DNA of 64,000 nucleotides from contig OX597819.1 of NCBI GenBank assembly GCA_951406725.2, positions 76,198,001 through 76,262,000 of the forward strand, in the 5' to 3' direction. Below the pieces are notes generated by a model. It was not told the DNA's origin. It was given only the letters and a program-made list of their open reading frames with translations, and did no database searches. This document shows, piece after piece, positions 13,865 through 28,100 of this stretch. This DNA is from Octopus vulgaris. Taxonomy: Eukaryota. Numbering within the stretch: position 1 is the first letter of the stretch; every line of letters starts with the position of its first letter. Position numbers and translations under genes: made by a program.

Positions 13865-14055
13865 AAGCATGAAAACACAAAGAGAAAACACAACAATGCA
13901 AGGACGTGGAACAAGTATAGTGTTATTGGACGCTCAGTAAAGGAAAGAAAGAAGGAGGATCTAACGTTTCGAGCGGAGCTCTTCGTCAGAAACATAGGAA
14001 AAGGAAAGATCCAAGGAAGGGAAGACGGAGGAAAAAAAATCGCCAACGATACACA
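13865..14055 (-). mobile_element. Short non-coding element carrying a minimal hammerhead (probable solo Penelope pseudo-LTR)
   Basis: It sits beside a (TA)n tract and contains the HHR at 13960-13992. Related degenerate sequence occurs near 42475-42555 and 33520-33570. Confidence 0.6.
13960..13992 (-). ncRNA. Minimal type I hammerhead ribozyme motif (C3-G8)
   Basis: Minus strand reads uuu CUGACGA a gagc-ucc-gcuc GAA ACGU U aga. It has an intact core, a 4-bp stem II, a palindromic stem III and a weak stem I. Confidence 0.7.
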
Positions 14056-14249
14056 CACATATGAAATGACAAACTATGAACTCCTATCGGAACTTACCAT
14101 GGACAAGAAGCATTTCTACCACTTCTACACACCACTTTCCTTGGGTAATGGAACTGCAATATATTTTAATTTTTACTTTTATTCTCTTATGTGCTTTTAT
14201 ACTTCTTCCATCCTTTTTTAACTTTATTATTTCCCTCTAGTTAACCATT

Positions 14250-15969
14250 TCACATCGCCTTTGATGAAGGGATATTCCTAGAAACTAACATAAGACTAAC
14301 AGGTGTAACACTAACATTCTCTTTATAAATGTCTTGAAACTTCGACACAGCCTCAATTTGTTGTCTCATTTTATTTACCATATAGATTTTATACACTATA
14401 TACCGATTCCGAATACTGCTGCTCCTGAAGCCGCTGGCGCTCATTCTGTCGTGAACTCCTCTGAGTGTTCCTCGACGGGATTGTTAATGTTTCCATCATC
14501 AACCTCGATGCCATGGACTTGCCAAGACATACTATCTCCTCGACTACAAGTGTCTCAAACTCAAACCCCTCGAATTTCCTCCATGCAGAATTCAGCGTTC
14601 TTCCCGTTATACCCTGCCAGGCCATATCGATGACTTTTCAGGCAGTTGACAATGTTGTAGTGCTCCTCCCAAAATCCACGAAGGTTAGATTTATATTTTC
14701 GGCGAAACAGGTGTTAGGTGTACAATTTCTTAAAATTAGAAATCGCATGTTGGTCCATGGGATGCAAGATTGGAGTGGTGTTGCGTGATAGGTACAGAAC
14801 ATTTATAAATCTTCGAGGTTAGAAGGTTGAGCAGGAGCATTGTCGAGGATGGGGATGACCTTGAGTAGAAGATTGTTCTCTAGAAGGTACTTTTCACTGG
14901 TGATCCGAAGACAAGTTTTACCCACTGGGAGAATAATTGCCTAGTGATCCAGGCTTTAACGTTTGCCCTCCACATGACTTGCAGCTTCTCCTTCAGGATT
15001 TTGTACGACTTGAGCGTTCGTGGATTTTCAGAACGATAAACAAAGGACGGCTTAATCTTCAAGTCTCCACATTCATTGGCAGAAAGGGCGAGAGTAAGCC
15101 TATCTTTCATAGGCAGTTATGTAGGTTTTTCTGGGTATTTTTTCCCAAAAACCTCAGTTTCATAACAGTTGAATACTTGTGCGATGCACACCTCGGCTGC
15201 GATGAGTTGATGGAATTAACACACGAAATCTTCAGTTGCCTTCGTTTCAGAACAGGCTGCTTCTCTATTACTAATGACACTATAAACACCAGCCCTCTTC
15301 TTGAAATTATCAAACCAGCCGCGACAGGCTTTAAATGCATCTGCTGATATCTCCTCCGTCGATGTTCCAGGGTTCTGCTTCAGGATATCCTCATCCCCAT
15401 ATAGCGCTCCTGCTTTCTCGCAGACGATGGTCCCCGTAATTGTATCACCTGCAAGCTGCTTCTCGTTGATCCACAGGCGAAGCAATTTTTCCATCTTTTC
15501 CTGGATAGATATGCGTTGTAACGGCCTTGATCTCGTCTTTTATATTCAGGATGCTGCAAATCGTCGACGTGCTTCGGCTATATTGACGTGATATGTCCAT
15601 TAAACGCACTCCTCTCTCATGTTTATCAATGATTTCCTTCTTCAAATCTATAGCAATCAGCTTTTTCTTCTCAGCACTATCCTTTACACTAACCTTCTTA
15701 AGACACATAGCTAACACAACTATTATAAAATAGTAGCAAAAAATGCACAAAACTATAAGAATCACTGAGAAAAACACAACAGGGATGCTGGCACAATGAG
15801 ACAAATATGAAAACTGAACGAGCAGAGACCGCACCTGCTGGGAGAGCGTGCCCTGAGCTCAGTGCCGACTAGCGGTCGCTTGAACGAAATTCGCTCGTAT
15901 TGCGGATTTCAGCGCGTACTTCAAGACAACAATTCGCACGAATCTCAACTCGTGCAGCAAATTACTCGT

Positions 15970-15970
<1 letters not shown>
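14250..15970 (-). mobile_element. Tigger/pogo-like DNA transposon, degenerate
   Basis: CENP-B-type HTH fragments ('LKKEIIDKHERG', 'MEKLLRLWINEKQLAGD...FKACRGWFDNFKKR') and a DDE_1 fragment ('MKDRLTLALSAN..GDLKIKP..VYRSENPR...WRANVKAWIT') are present in frameshifted form. Confidence 0.9.
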
Positions 15971-16014
<44 letters not shown>

Positions 16015-16579
16015 AGTGTATATTTGTATGCATACTTGTGTGTAGATGTATGTGTTGTGTGCTCATATGTGTGTGTGTATGTCTGTGAGTATATGCTCGG
16101 AATTTCTTAAAAGCTTGCGTGACAAAATTCTTATGCGGGATGCGCAGTTGATACTTCAATTATTCAAATACATTACGATAAATTTGATTGTATTCTCTGT
16201 GTAGTTGTCCTGAGATCTTCACTAAATCTTTTACGTCTAGATAAACGGGAAATGCTGCTTTGCTGCTTTGCTGTGCTTTAGAAATGGTATCGAGCTTTGG
16301 CGGCAACGCTTTTCATTGATTCACTTCCATCGCCAAATTATTTTGTAGGCTTCTCACTTAAAACTGTCTCACTTTCATAGAAATATATATTCAGGAGGTA
16401 TGTATGTATATGTGCACATTTGTATGTCTTACAGTTCTATATTTGAGAGATGAGGAATTGTATACATTATTTATATTATTTACATTTGACGGATATTTGT
16501 CCTCATCTTTTTTGTTGTTAATACTCTCCAGCCTTCATGTCTCTTTTCTATCTTGTTGCTCTTGTTGTTGTTGTTGTTG

Positions 16580-16659
<80 letters not shown>

Positions 16660-16660
<1 letters not shown>

Positions 16661-16718
16661 TCACTTAGAATCTTGGGGTTAATAGCCTGCGCTCTTACCA
16701 CTACGCCATATGCCCGTG
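16660..16718 (-). mobile_element. tRNA-like SINE head fragment
   Basis: Minus strand GGGCATATGGCGTAGTGGTAAGAGCGCAGGCTATTAACC has box A and an anticodon-like arm but no complete cloverleaf. Confidence 0.5.
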
Positions 16719-16937
16719 GGCAATTATGGAGTGAATTTTGGGGTTTATAAATCAATGGATTTATAATGCGAGCGTGAAAAGTTCACTCAGGATAAGTGTT
16801 TCTTAAATACTAAACATTAATAGAATATACTAACTGCCATAGGAACAATTCCCGCGAGGATGCCTCCCCACGCACATGTGTGTCTAAAGGATTGTGTATA
16901 TATATGCATATACACACATACTTACATATACACATAC

Positions 16938-16987
<50 letters not shown>

Positions 16988-16992
16988 TTATT

Positions 16993-17114
<122 letters not shown>

Positions 17115-18950
17115 GAGCTGTATATACACATACATATTTACCTACCTGCAGTCCTACCTATCAACCTAGTTTCCAGTAAAACTGGTAAAATATTTACATA
17201 TTTTCAGCTGGAGTACGATCAAGCTGTCGTGCACTATCACACCTATCAAAGCTTGTGCTGACAGCTGCCTCCAGCAGATATAACGTTGCTAAATATAATG
17301 CCGCAAACTACCAAAACGGGTAACTCAACGGGCAGCCCGAAGTAAGCTACAACCACAATTAAGCATATCATTGTGCTTGCTCGTTTGGATCACACGGCAG
17401 CATAAATGACTACTAAAATGTGGGATGTATCGAGGATACTGTCGATACGGATTAAAACAGTCATAAATTACACCAACCATGCTGTTATCACATTTAGAAT
17501 GACTAATAGACCTATCGACCTTAGATTCCCAACACTGAGATGTAACTTCAGAACTGCCGATTTTCCTGGACGTTCACTGCGTATATACAAAAGGTAGGCC
17601 ATAAACATGGAGTACTGGCACACAGCTGTTGCAAATATTACATAGGTGTTACGGTTAACTCCCGTGAAGTAACACTTGTATATGCATAGGAACACTTTCT
17701 ACAACCCTATATGTATATTCACAAATTCATGTGCAGAATATATCCTTATTTTAACTTATACAATGACTAACTCTAGATTGAAATTGTTCGTGATGGGATT
17801 TGTTATGCGCTAATGCAGAAATAGACGTTCTTCAGGGTTATGTACTAAAGACGGATTAAAGATCATATCAGCTAAATGTAGACACCAGTGAACGTAATGT
17901 TTTAGAAATTTGCTCCATTTACAACGTCTTAACTATGACGAGAATACGCAAGTACACAGTGATCAAAGTAACAGTATTTTCGTGGACGTATTAAATTTAG
18001 TATTGTTTGGTACGATCCTCTGCATGAGCATAATTATGCTCAGACATCTGCACCACTTCTACTTCATCCTATCTACTTTTGTAAATACTCCAGCTGTGCT
18101 TATATGAACAACATTCTGTGAATAGTCGATGATACCACGGCTATCATAAACAACGTGGCGCATACTGTAATGCATCGTAATTGACAAATTAGTGAACCAG
18201 CTGGCCTGAGCATTGACTGATAAAGCATGAACAATACCTGGAGCAACGATGTTGCTCACACGAATACATACTAGTATGTATGTTTGAGTATGTGTGCTCC
18301 GACGTGTGTGGAGTGCGGTTTGTTACCTGCTGATGCTTGGGATTCACAAAAACGTTTACGAATTTCACATCTCAAACCATTTCTGCCTTCGAAGAATAAT
18401 TTTGTTTCTGGTAAAAAATATCTGCCAGAGACACAAACCTTCTGTATGAGATGTGCTGCTGACTATTCACGAAGTAGCTGCTATTATGACTGTTATTATT
18501 GTAAAGATAATTGTTGTTGTTATTGTTCTTATCTCTGAGATTTTGCTACCTCAAAGTTAGTTATTTCCTTTTCTTTTCTCATTGTGTACATATGAGCGGT
18601 TTCGAGTATCTTTTTCCATGCGTGCCTGCCTGTATGTCTCTCTGTATCAACCTTTTATCTGTCTCACTTCTGTCAACACCGTCCTACGACTTAACATTCA
18701 GTCACCCACTTTTGATCTTCCATACTAATGATGTTTGAAGTTTCATGCTTAGCTGGCATATATATTTAGGCAAGCATCCTACGTTGATTTGTATTTTTCG
18801 CTGCAAACGCTGAAGAGCATTACGACAGCTTGCTAATTGCCTCGCGTAATAATGATAGACGGTTTACCGTAAAAACATGTATGTTTTATAAAACATACAT
18901 ATGTTAAAAGACCATTTACGTTTTCTGGGTTTATTGTTGCTATGACGTAA

Positions 18951-19370
18951 GTCGGCGAGCTGTCAGTACCTTTAACATGCAGACAAAATGCTCAGCAGCT
19001 TTTCATCCATCTCTACCTTCTGCGCTAAAATCTTACCGAGGTCGACTTCGCACTTTATCATTTTGGGGTTGATAGAATAAGTACCAGTGAAGCACTTGGG
19101 CCGATGGTGGAGGCATATGGCTTAGTGGTTAGGTGGTTGGATTCATGATCGTAAGATTATGGTTTTGATTCCTGGACCAGGTGACGCGTTGTGTTCTTGA
19201 GCAAAACACGCGTTGTGTTCTTGAGCAATTTATCACCATGGAAACCGGGTAACCGTCCATTATGAACCAGCATGTCTGGAGAAAGCAACATTCCTTTTTA
19301 CTGGGGTTGATGCAATCGCCTCGCTTCTTCCCCTATGATTCTAGGACTTGTGGCAATAGTAAAAACGTTT
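18951..19370 (+). mobile_element. Diverged SINE family B interrupted by a SINE family C insertion (about 19107-19295)
   Basis: Family B sequence runs to GTACCAGTGAAGCAC near 19095 and resumes with CTGGGGTTGATGCAATCG near 19301. The insert has a tRNA-like head (GGCATATGGCTTAGTGGTTAGG) and a 21-bp internal duplication at 19184 and 19208. Confidence 0.65.
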
Positions 19371-19967
19371 ATAACTATAACCTGGTTAGAATTCTGCACA
19401 TTAGAAAATTCGGAGTTTTGGTGGCCTTCATCTAACCGCACTGGAATGGACATAAGCTGTGGTTACTTGCTGCACTTTCTATCGCACTACTACATTGTAT
19501 ACGCACAACAAAACACCCTACCTACACAACCAACACGCCCATATATCTCTAAATAGAGAGATCTGGGTGGCTTCTAAATTGCCACATAAAATGTATGTAA
19601 CCTAATTTTAGAACTACTGCTTTTTTTGTCGTTTCAATTACGAAACATTATCTTATTTTAGCATTCACTCTGAACGTTATATTCCTCATTTAACACTTAT
19701 CTGGACCATTTCCTAAATGTTGTTTGCTTATATATTTTGCTATTTTTTTATGTTGAAGATTCCTTGTACTTAACAAGGGGCGGGTCGCTTCTTGCAGTTA
19801 ATGTCCTGGAAACTTCACTGATCTTCTATGATATTAATATATTTTGCTTTGTTCTCCGTCTTTCTTCTTTACTGGCACACATAAACATAAATACATGTTC
19901 GTTATGGCACAGGTACTTTACATCATCACTTGTACTACATATAACTTCCAGGCGTGCATACAAACGA

Positions 19968-20413
<446 letters not shown>

Positions 20414-20551
20414 AACAACAATTATATGTAAAAATACACACACACAATACACCCCTCCACACACACTTTGATGTTGTCAGTTGTTATCATTTCTGAGAAG
20501 AATATAATATACAGGAAATCAACATCTTATATAGGACTTATTGCAAAATGT

Positions 20552-20588
<37 letters not shown>

Positions 20589-20807
20589 ATACTACTACTA
20601 CTACTACTACTACTACTATGCATGAAAGGAAGCGCACATGGTAACGTCACTTCCCATGATATTACGTGCGTGTACGTGTATGTTTATTTGCGTGCGCTTG
20701 TGTGAATGTGGGTGCCTGTAAATGCACTACAGAAATTATTTCAAGCTATGTTTAATTATTTATACCATCGTACAATGTGAAACCGATGAGAATTTATACA
20801 TATAAGG

Positions 20808-21165
20808 ATGGCTGAAGGGCAAAGAAGCTCGTTTTGCAAACCACATGGTCTTAGGTTCAGTCCCACTGCTTGGTATCTTGGGCAAGCATCATCTACTTTA
20901 ACAACTCCGGGCTCACTAGCGCCTTGTGAATTCATTTGACAAAAGGAAACTGTATCGAAGTCTGTCGCATTTTTGCGTTTGTGTTTGTTATCCTACCATT
21001 TCCCGACCGGTGTTGGTTTATTTGCGTACCCACAACCTAGCAACCCGGCAACATAGACGATAGCATAAATATCAGGCTTAAAATTATGTACTTGGGTCCA
21101 TTTGTTCGATTAAATCCTTTAAGGCTGTGTCCAATCATGGCTGTTGTCCAACGACTGAAAGAGAT
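20808..21165 (+). mobile_element. SINE family A, diverged
   Basis: AACCACATGGTCTTAGGTTCAGTCCCACTG...TTGGGCAAG matches the family A head, and the body is degenerate. Confidence 0.65.
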
Positions 21166-23117
21166 GGGAGATGAAAGGTAAATATAACAATACACAAATG
21201 AGTAGAGACTCACACACTCACATACAGGTACATACAATGTGACAAAAATATCAAGCAATCAATACGAGGAAGTTTATGATAATCTTCATCGAAGAACATT
21301 ATACAATGATCTTCATGAATTTGAACAAGATTTTATGCAGTGAGTAAAGAAATATCTAACATTTCAGTTCCAAAGAATTTTCATATCTCATATGAGGGGA
21401 ACATACACGCTACTCAAGTGAAATACCTTTTCTCCCAATGGCAGGGAAAGTTTCACAAGCTCATGACCTTTACATCTACTGAGATTACACTCGATAACAT
21501 TTAAAAACGCTTTCATTCAAAAAGTAAGTTAACACACGGGCCTATAAAAAACAAAACAAAACATTACACAAACTAGCATATGGATAAATATACGTGATGT
21601 ATTCGTGCTTCTGTACATTAGCAGCCCTTGAACGGAAATACTTAGACTCCATGTTGTTCCCTTCAATTCTAACGGAAGTAGCTTCCGCTTCATTTGTCTT
21701 CCGTCTTTTATAACCCAGTTCTCATAATATATTTAAAAAAGATTGCTCTCACTAACAATCAGAAAGTACACACTAGCAAGCACTCACATGAGCGCACACT
21801 TACTCTCTCACACTCACACACTCACACACTCACACACACACGCACTGTTTTGTTTTCCGTCATTTCTGGATCGATAATCTTAATTTTATGATTATACCGG
21901 GATCGATTCAATACACCACTTCTACAATTTTTCTGTTCGGGTCATGTACTCTCTAAATGATTGTTGTCAGGATGTTTCTATAAATTAAGGGGGAAAAAAT
22001 GCTAGATGGCTATTAATAGTACGAGAATATTCTCATTCATTTACACAGACACAGTTAAATGTGTTGCGTTAAATGTTTAGGATCGATTTAAACGGGTCTG
22101 TAACGTTTTGACCGATTTTTGCGATTAAGCAAGCAGACATGACTTCTGTCCTACAAATCAGCAAAGCGTATGTTAACTATCAATAAGTAGAAAGCGGGTT
22201 ATAGATTGATTGAAAACTATCAGTTCGTTGGTTGGAACAACACTAGAGTATCATACAAAATGCCTGGTGATCTTTGGTTACTCTCGCTATTTTCTTAGTT
22301 CAAATCTAGCAGATGCCAAGTATGTCACCCATCCGGGGTTAATAAAATAGATTAACTATCGATAACTGGGATATACAGAATTTCCTGTTCCTCTCAAAAA
22401 ACACCAAATTTCTGACTTTGCTCCTAAGTAAAAAATCAAATATTTAGTTAAATCGCTTTATATTGTAAATTTGAATCCCCCAGAGATCGACTCTTTCTTC
22501 GAATCTGCTTGAGATCGATAAAATGAATTCCCAGTCAAGTAGTGCGTTTGATTTAATCTTTGATATCCTTCTTCAAAGACTATATTTAGTTGAGTCTCTT
22601 TAAGTCCTCCGTTTCGAGCTCCGTCAAGGTAGTGGAATATATCTTGTACACCTTCAAAATTAATAGAATAAATAGGTTGTTGTCTCCTATATCTCCTGTT
22701 CACGGCTTTACGGGAAATGAACTGCTGAAATCCTGGCCATACACGCATTGAGAATAAATATTGAGAATAAATACATCTCCTAAATTCAAATAACGATCTA
22801 TAACGAAATATAGAATCCATAGATTTACATATACAGAAATAGAATATTTCAAAGAATAATTTAGTTTTAATAATTGTTAATTTACCATTTATTCATTCAT
22901 TCCTTCTTTTCTCCATTTTTTTTTATTATAACTGTACATTTCCGTGTATCCTCGGTTTATTCATTCTATTTTTCGGTTTTCTTTCCTATTTATTTTTCTT
23001 TCATTCACTCTTTTGGTTCTTTTTGTTTGTTTGTTTGTTTCTATCTGTCTGTCTCTGTGTGTTTCTGCCTGTCTGTCTCTGTCTGTCTCTGTCTGTCTGT
23101 CTGTTTGTCTGTCTATG

Positions 23118-23230
<113 letters not shown>

Positions 23231-24019
23231 CTTACTTTCTTTCATTCTCTTTTTCTCTCTCTCTCTGTCTCAGTCTTTGTTCATTTTCTCCCTTATATAT
23301 GTGCTTTCTTCTGCTCGAATGTTCCCATACAAAATTATATTTATCATCGTTAATTTCTTCCTGGCGATGCTCAAAAGAGAAAAATAACATAAAAAATATG
23401 TTCTAGTTTATAAATGCAATTTTTCCCTTCTTTCTTTTCAACGTCAAAGGAAACACCTAAAATACAATCACAATACCTTTTCCATTTAATCACATCATTG
23501 AGAATATTTTGCTAACTATCAACAAAAAGACAGAACAAAAATAAAAAGGATAGCTCCAAAGTAAAACAAAATAAAAGTATGAAAGAAAAGATACAGAAAA
23601 TCTTTGATAACAAAAAGAAACCCAGAATATGTGTGATGTTCAATTATACAAAAAGTCTATTTATATATGCTATATTTTTAAAAATATATTGTAATGAGAA
23701 AGACGAAAAAATATTCTCGTTCATGTCTAAAACAGAAGTGAATATAAATGTGAGGCAAATATTTCCTGTATATTCTAACTTGGAGATAAACGAGGTTTCG
23801 TCTTTATACGAGAAATAAAATACATAAAACTTCTGAAGAAGAAACAAAAAAGTAAAAATAATGAAGAACAAGAAACAAAATAATATAGTAAAGTAGTCTA
23901 AATCATTATAGTTGATCACTAGTTTAAGATGGTGCATTTTCTCGTTCACATACTTCTCTCTACTACGTTCATGTTTTATATGTATATGTAAACAATCAGA
24001 CTCAGATTAACATACGCAA

Positions 24020-24050
<31 letters not shown>

Positions 24051-24117
24051 TATATGTGTGTACGTATATACTTACGCCCAGAAACAGATTTCTATCTATG
24101 TATATATCTTTCTATCA

Positions 24118-24163
<46 letters not shown>

Positions 24164-24390
24164 ATAAACTAACACACGTGCGAGTATAGATATATGTGCA
24201 TAAATGTATGTTTGTGTTCCTCATGGAAATAAAGTGAATCGTTGGTTAAATTCAAATTATGTTCTTTCGTCAAAGCACTGCAGCATTCACTTGACTTGAA
24301 GGATCATCGTCGATGATACTCCTTTGTAATCTACATACATACGCACACCTATAAACATTCCTATAAATAAACATAATACATACATACATA

Positions 24391-24482
<92 letters not shown>

Positions 24483-25339
24483 TTAAAGCGTATTCCATTA
24501 GGAACGTATTAGCGCACAACATAGACCTCTTTCACCCTTAGAATTACCAGAGAACCGGAAAGCATCGGAAGACTAGGCTTAGGCATTTATCGTGTGTGAA
24601 AAATAAAAATTGAATAGAGTTAACTGGAAGGAGTACGTTTTGACAGCTATTTAATAAACACTACACATGGTTCGGTACAACATAGATCGAAATATACACA
24701 GGATTTAAATTAAGCAACGGTTTAGCTGTATAATGGGATCCAGTTGTATTTCCTCAGGTTACATTTAATCGCTTTCCCCGTAAATTAATCTTTGACGTTG
24801 ATGCCAGCACACCCAACAGGCTCCTTTGAATCTAGTAGACGATGGCAGTTCCATTCAGCTCGCTGTCAACGTGCCTCTATACGTTCGAATTAAGCAGCAT
24901 TGTATACATTGGCTGTCCACTTTGCTTCGCAGGTTATGTAGCTCATGGTTAATTTTACTATTTCGCAAGTACACTTACACATATGCTCATACATACACAG
25001 CCAGACACATATACACACAGTTACATCGCTGGGCGTCCTCATACGTACATACACACACACACATACACACACATACACACACATACACCACACATATTTA
25101 TACATATATATACGTATATACATATATGCACCAACCCCCACACATATATCGATCAACAAACACATTCACACCTATACATAGACGTACATACATATATCTA
25201 TCCATATTCATGCATATAGGTATACCGCTGGGCACTCCATCATATATAGAAACACTCTATCAAATATATAATCCTGAGATGGAAAGGATGGGTATGGTGA
25301 AATAGAATAATAATTATTTTAATTTTTATACACTGCTCC

Positions 25340-26415
25340 ATCTTGAAAATACATATTTGGCGCGGTGGTTAAACCCTAGAATGTTTCCATCATGCTTGTT
25401 TACCAGGTTCTCATTAATCAGTAGTAAACTCAATGTTTCCTCAAGGCAAAGGTCACATTTGTCGGATAGCGAATTACATGGTTGTACATTTTTTTCTTAT
25501 TGTTGACCATTTTATTTCGTATTTAATTTTTGGTTGTGTCAGCCCCCAGGTCTGCCAGTGAAGTTGCGTGTCGTCTGTTTATTTTTCGGAATGACGAGAT
25601 GTGGTTGCGATAATGGACTTTGAATTGGTTTTTCGGGGCACCTATATACACGTATTTATATTGGGTCGTAGAGATTGTGCATTTGTATACTATGTTTTTA
25701 TGGACACATTGGTTCATGAGCAGACACGCAGATTTTCTACGGCATGTGCAGTTATTTGTATTATTATTTTTATGTTTATCTGGTGGCATTTTGATTCTGA
25801 TTTCGCGATGTTCTGCTTGATTGTTAGTGTATGGAGCATTGTGGAATCGGCCATCTATTTTGCTGGACCTTTTTTGATGATTCATTTCAATTTTGTTGCC
25901 ACCATCTTTTACGTCATCTGAGTGTTTGCAGTCTGTTGCTTATTTTTGTTATTGGCTTTAAACCCTGTGATGTTTTGATTCGTTTGTTCTCTGCCAGTAG
26001 ACGTTGTTTATATGTTTAAATTCTTGTTGTATTTATGTAAGTAGTACTCCTTGTGTGCTTGTTGAATAAACGGTAGTATTTATGAGTTTTAGGGCAGCAT
26101 CTATTTAATGCTGCAATGAATTGCTTACTTATCTTGGACGATATTTGGAGACCAAAAATCGGATTATATCATAGGACCTCTAAATTTTTGTACCTTTTGT
26201 TAGGTGTTTGGTTCCTTCAACGTATCTTGTTGCGACCATGAACGTTTGTATTCCAATTGTTTCTATTCTTTAAGGTTGGTGGCTATGTTCTTGAATATTC
26301 CGTTGGCTGTGGATGGTGAATGATTTGAATTGACATTTATGTATCTTAAACACTCATTAGTTATGTGGTATGGTTCATTCATACCGCTTCCCAAGTTAAG
26401 AGTCGCATCTAGAAA

Positions 26416-26420
<5 letters not shown>
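25340..26420 (-). mobile_element. Penelope-like element 3' part (RT thumb plus GIY-YIG endonuclease), degenerate
   Basis: Fragments 'FLDATLNL...[10 protein letters not shown]', 'CTCRRKSACLLMNQC..NIVYKCTI...VYIG...FKVHYRNHISSF' and 'CDLCLEE' are typical PLE motifs. Confidence 0.85.
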
Positions 26421-26480
<60 letters not shown>

Positions 26481-26580
26481 TATACATACTTATGTATGTG
26501 TATGTATGTATGTATGTATGTATGTATGTATGTATGTATGTATGTATGTGTGTGTGTATGTGTGTGTGTGTGTGTGTATA

Positions 26581-28100
26581 CACAACATTTCCCTGGCCGA
26601 GATCTCGGCCCGTCGATGTTTCCGACGCCGCAAATAAATCATCATAAAACCGGCTGACGAGGGTGGAGCGGTGGTGCTGTAGCGCGCACACCTCTATAAA
26701 GCAGAAGCTCTCCAACTACATCAAGACACCTCCTTCTATTGCTCTCTGCCCTCCAACCCCACTACCAACAGACTGTAACTGCCTCACAGAATTGATCGTT
26801 ATATTGATGACTTTCGGTATGACCTCACTCTTCTGCGAATAACTAGACTCACTCCACTCTTTCGTCCAATCCTTCCATTCTGCCATCGAATTCTTCTGCA
26901 CTATTTCCAACACTTCCGTCGAATTTCTTGACATTTCTGTAAACATGACACCATTCAGCCTTCACTACTTCCATCCATTACAAATATATCGACTCACATT
27001 CACAACTTGACTTCTCCTCTCACCTTACCCACACCAAGCTCTCCATTCTTTACTCCCAATTCTTCCGTCTGTGCAGGCCCTGCAGTTACAACCATGACTT
27101 TGAGACTCAGTCTCACTTCAAAGCTTGCCACTTCAGCCTTCGTGGATATCCCCTCACCACTATCCGCACAGCCCTTGACAGATCACGTTCCGTGGACCAT
27201 GCCTCTGCTCCCTCTCCCTTTACCCACCACGCCGTTGCCCGTCTCCACTCTGTCGCTCCATTTCCGAGCCTTCCGGTGACTCCATTCCGATCCCTCCACC
27301 TCGCACATCTTCCCCAGCCTACACCTGTCCACTTTCAAACAAGTCCACAACCTACGTAACTTCCTGCTCCACAGTATTTTCCCTAACCCCATCTCCCAAC
27401 CTGGTTTGTTCCCCTGCTCCCGCCTACGCTCCCACACTTGCCCTGCCTCCCCAACAACACCATCCTCACAGGCACCCATCATCGTCCCTATCATATCACT
27501 GACTCTTTTACCTGTCCTTCTCGCAACGTCATTTACTGCATCTCCTGCTCTTTCTCTCTTTCTCTGTACATCAGTCAAACAGGACGCCGCTTGGCTAACC
27601 TATTTCTTTATTACCCACAAGGGGCTAAACATAGAGGGGACAAACAAGGACAGACATAGGTATTAAGTCGATTACATCGACTCCAGTGCGTAACTGGTAC
27701 TTAATTTATCGACCCCGAAAGGATGAAAGGCAAAGTCGACCTCGGCGGAATTTGAACTCAGAACGTAGCGGCAGACGAAATACCGCTCAGCATTTCGTCC
27801 GGCGCGCTAACGTTTCTGCCAGCTCGCCGCCTTTCAACCAGTTGGCTAACCAGTTGACGGAGCACCTCTGAGACATCAGATGCAGCAATGACACCCCGGT
27901 TTCGCGCCATTTCCGCTCTACCGATTATTCAATACAACACTTGTCTGTGTTCGGATTGTCTTTGCACAGGGGCCATCCAGTCTTCCGCCTTCGCAGTGAG
28001 CAGGAGTTTAATCTTCTCTCTTCGCTCCTTTGAGTTACATGGGCTCAACTCCCCTCCTCTCTTCATCTGTCACCTATTTCCTCTCTTCATTCCTAGCCAC
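26581..28100 (+). mobile_element. Penelope-like element (second family), RT plus GIY-YIG, degenerate, split by a SINE
   Basis: YIDD lies at 26800-26811, followed by 'EFLDISV', 'YSQFFRL' and 'FTCPSRNVIYCISC...LYISQTGRRLA'. After the SINE it resumes as 'EHL*DIRCSNDTPVSRHF'. Confidence 0.85.
27601..27832 (-). mobile_element. SINE family B, full length, with target-site duplication
   Basis: The minus-strand head is GGCGGCGAGCTGGCAGAAACGTTAGC...GAGTTCAAATTCC (box A/B). TTGGCTAACC is duplicated at 27591-27600 and 27842-27851. Confidence 0.9.

Noticed and set aside
16660-16718. Possible tRNA gene, and likewise the other SINE heads
   Set aside because: There is no complete cloverleaf or acceptor stem, so these are SINE-derived.
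17180-18260. Higher-complexity stretch that looked coding
   Set aside because: It has only short ORFs with no recognisable motif or exon structure. It may be an old TE relic.
18805-18847. Hammerhead-like CUGAAGA gca...ugc
   Set aside because: GAAA is replaced by UAAU and there is no stem III, so it cannot be distinguished from chance.
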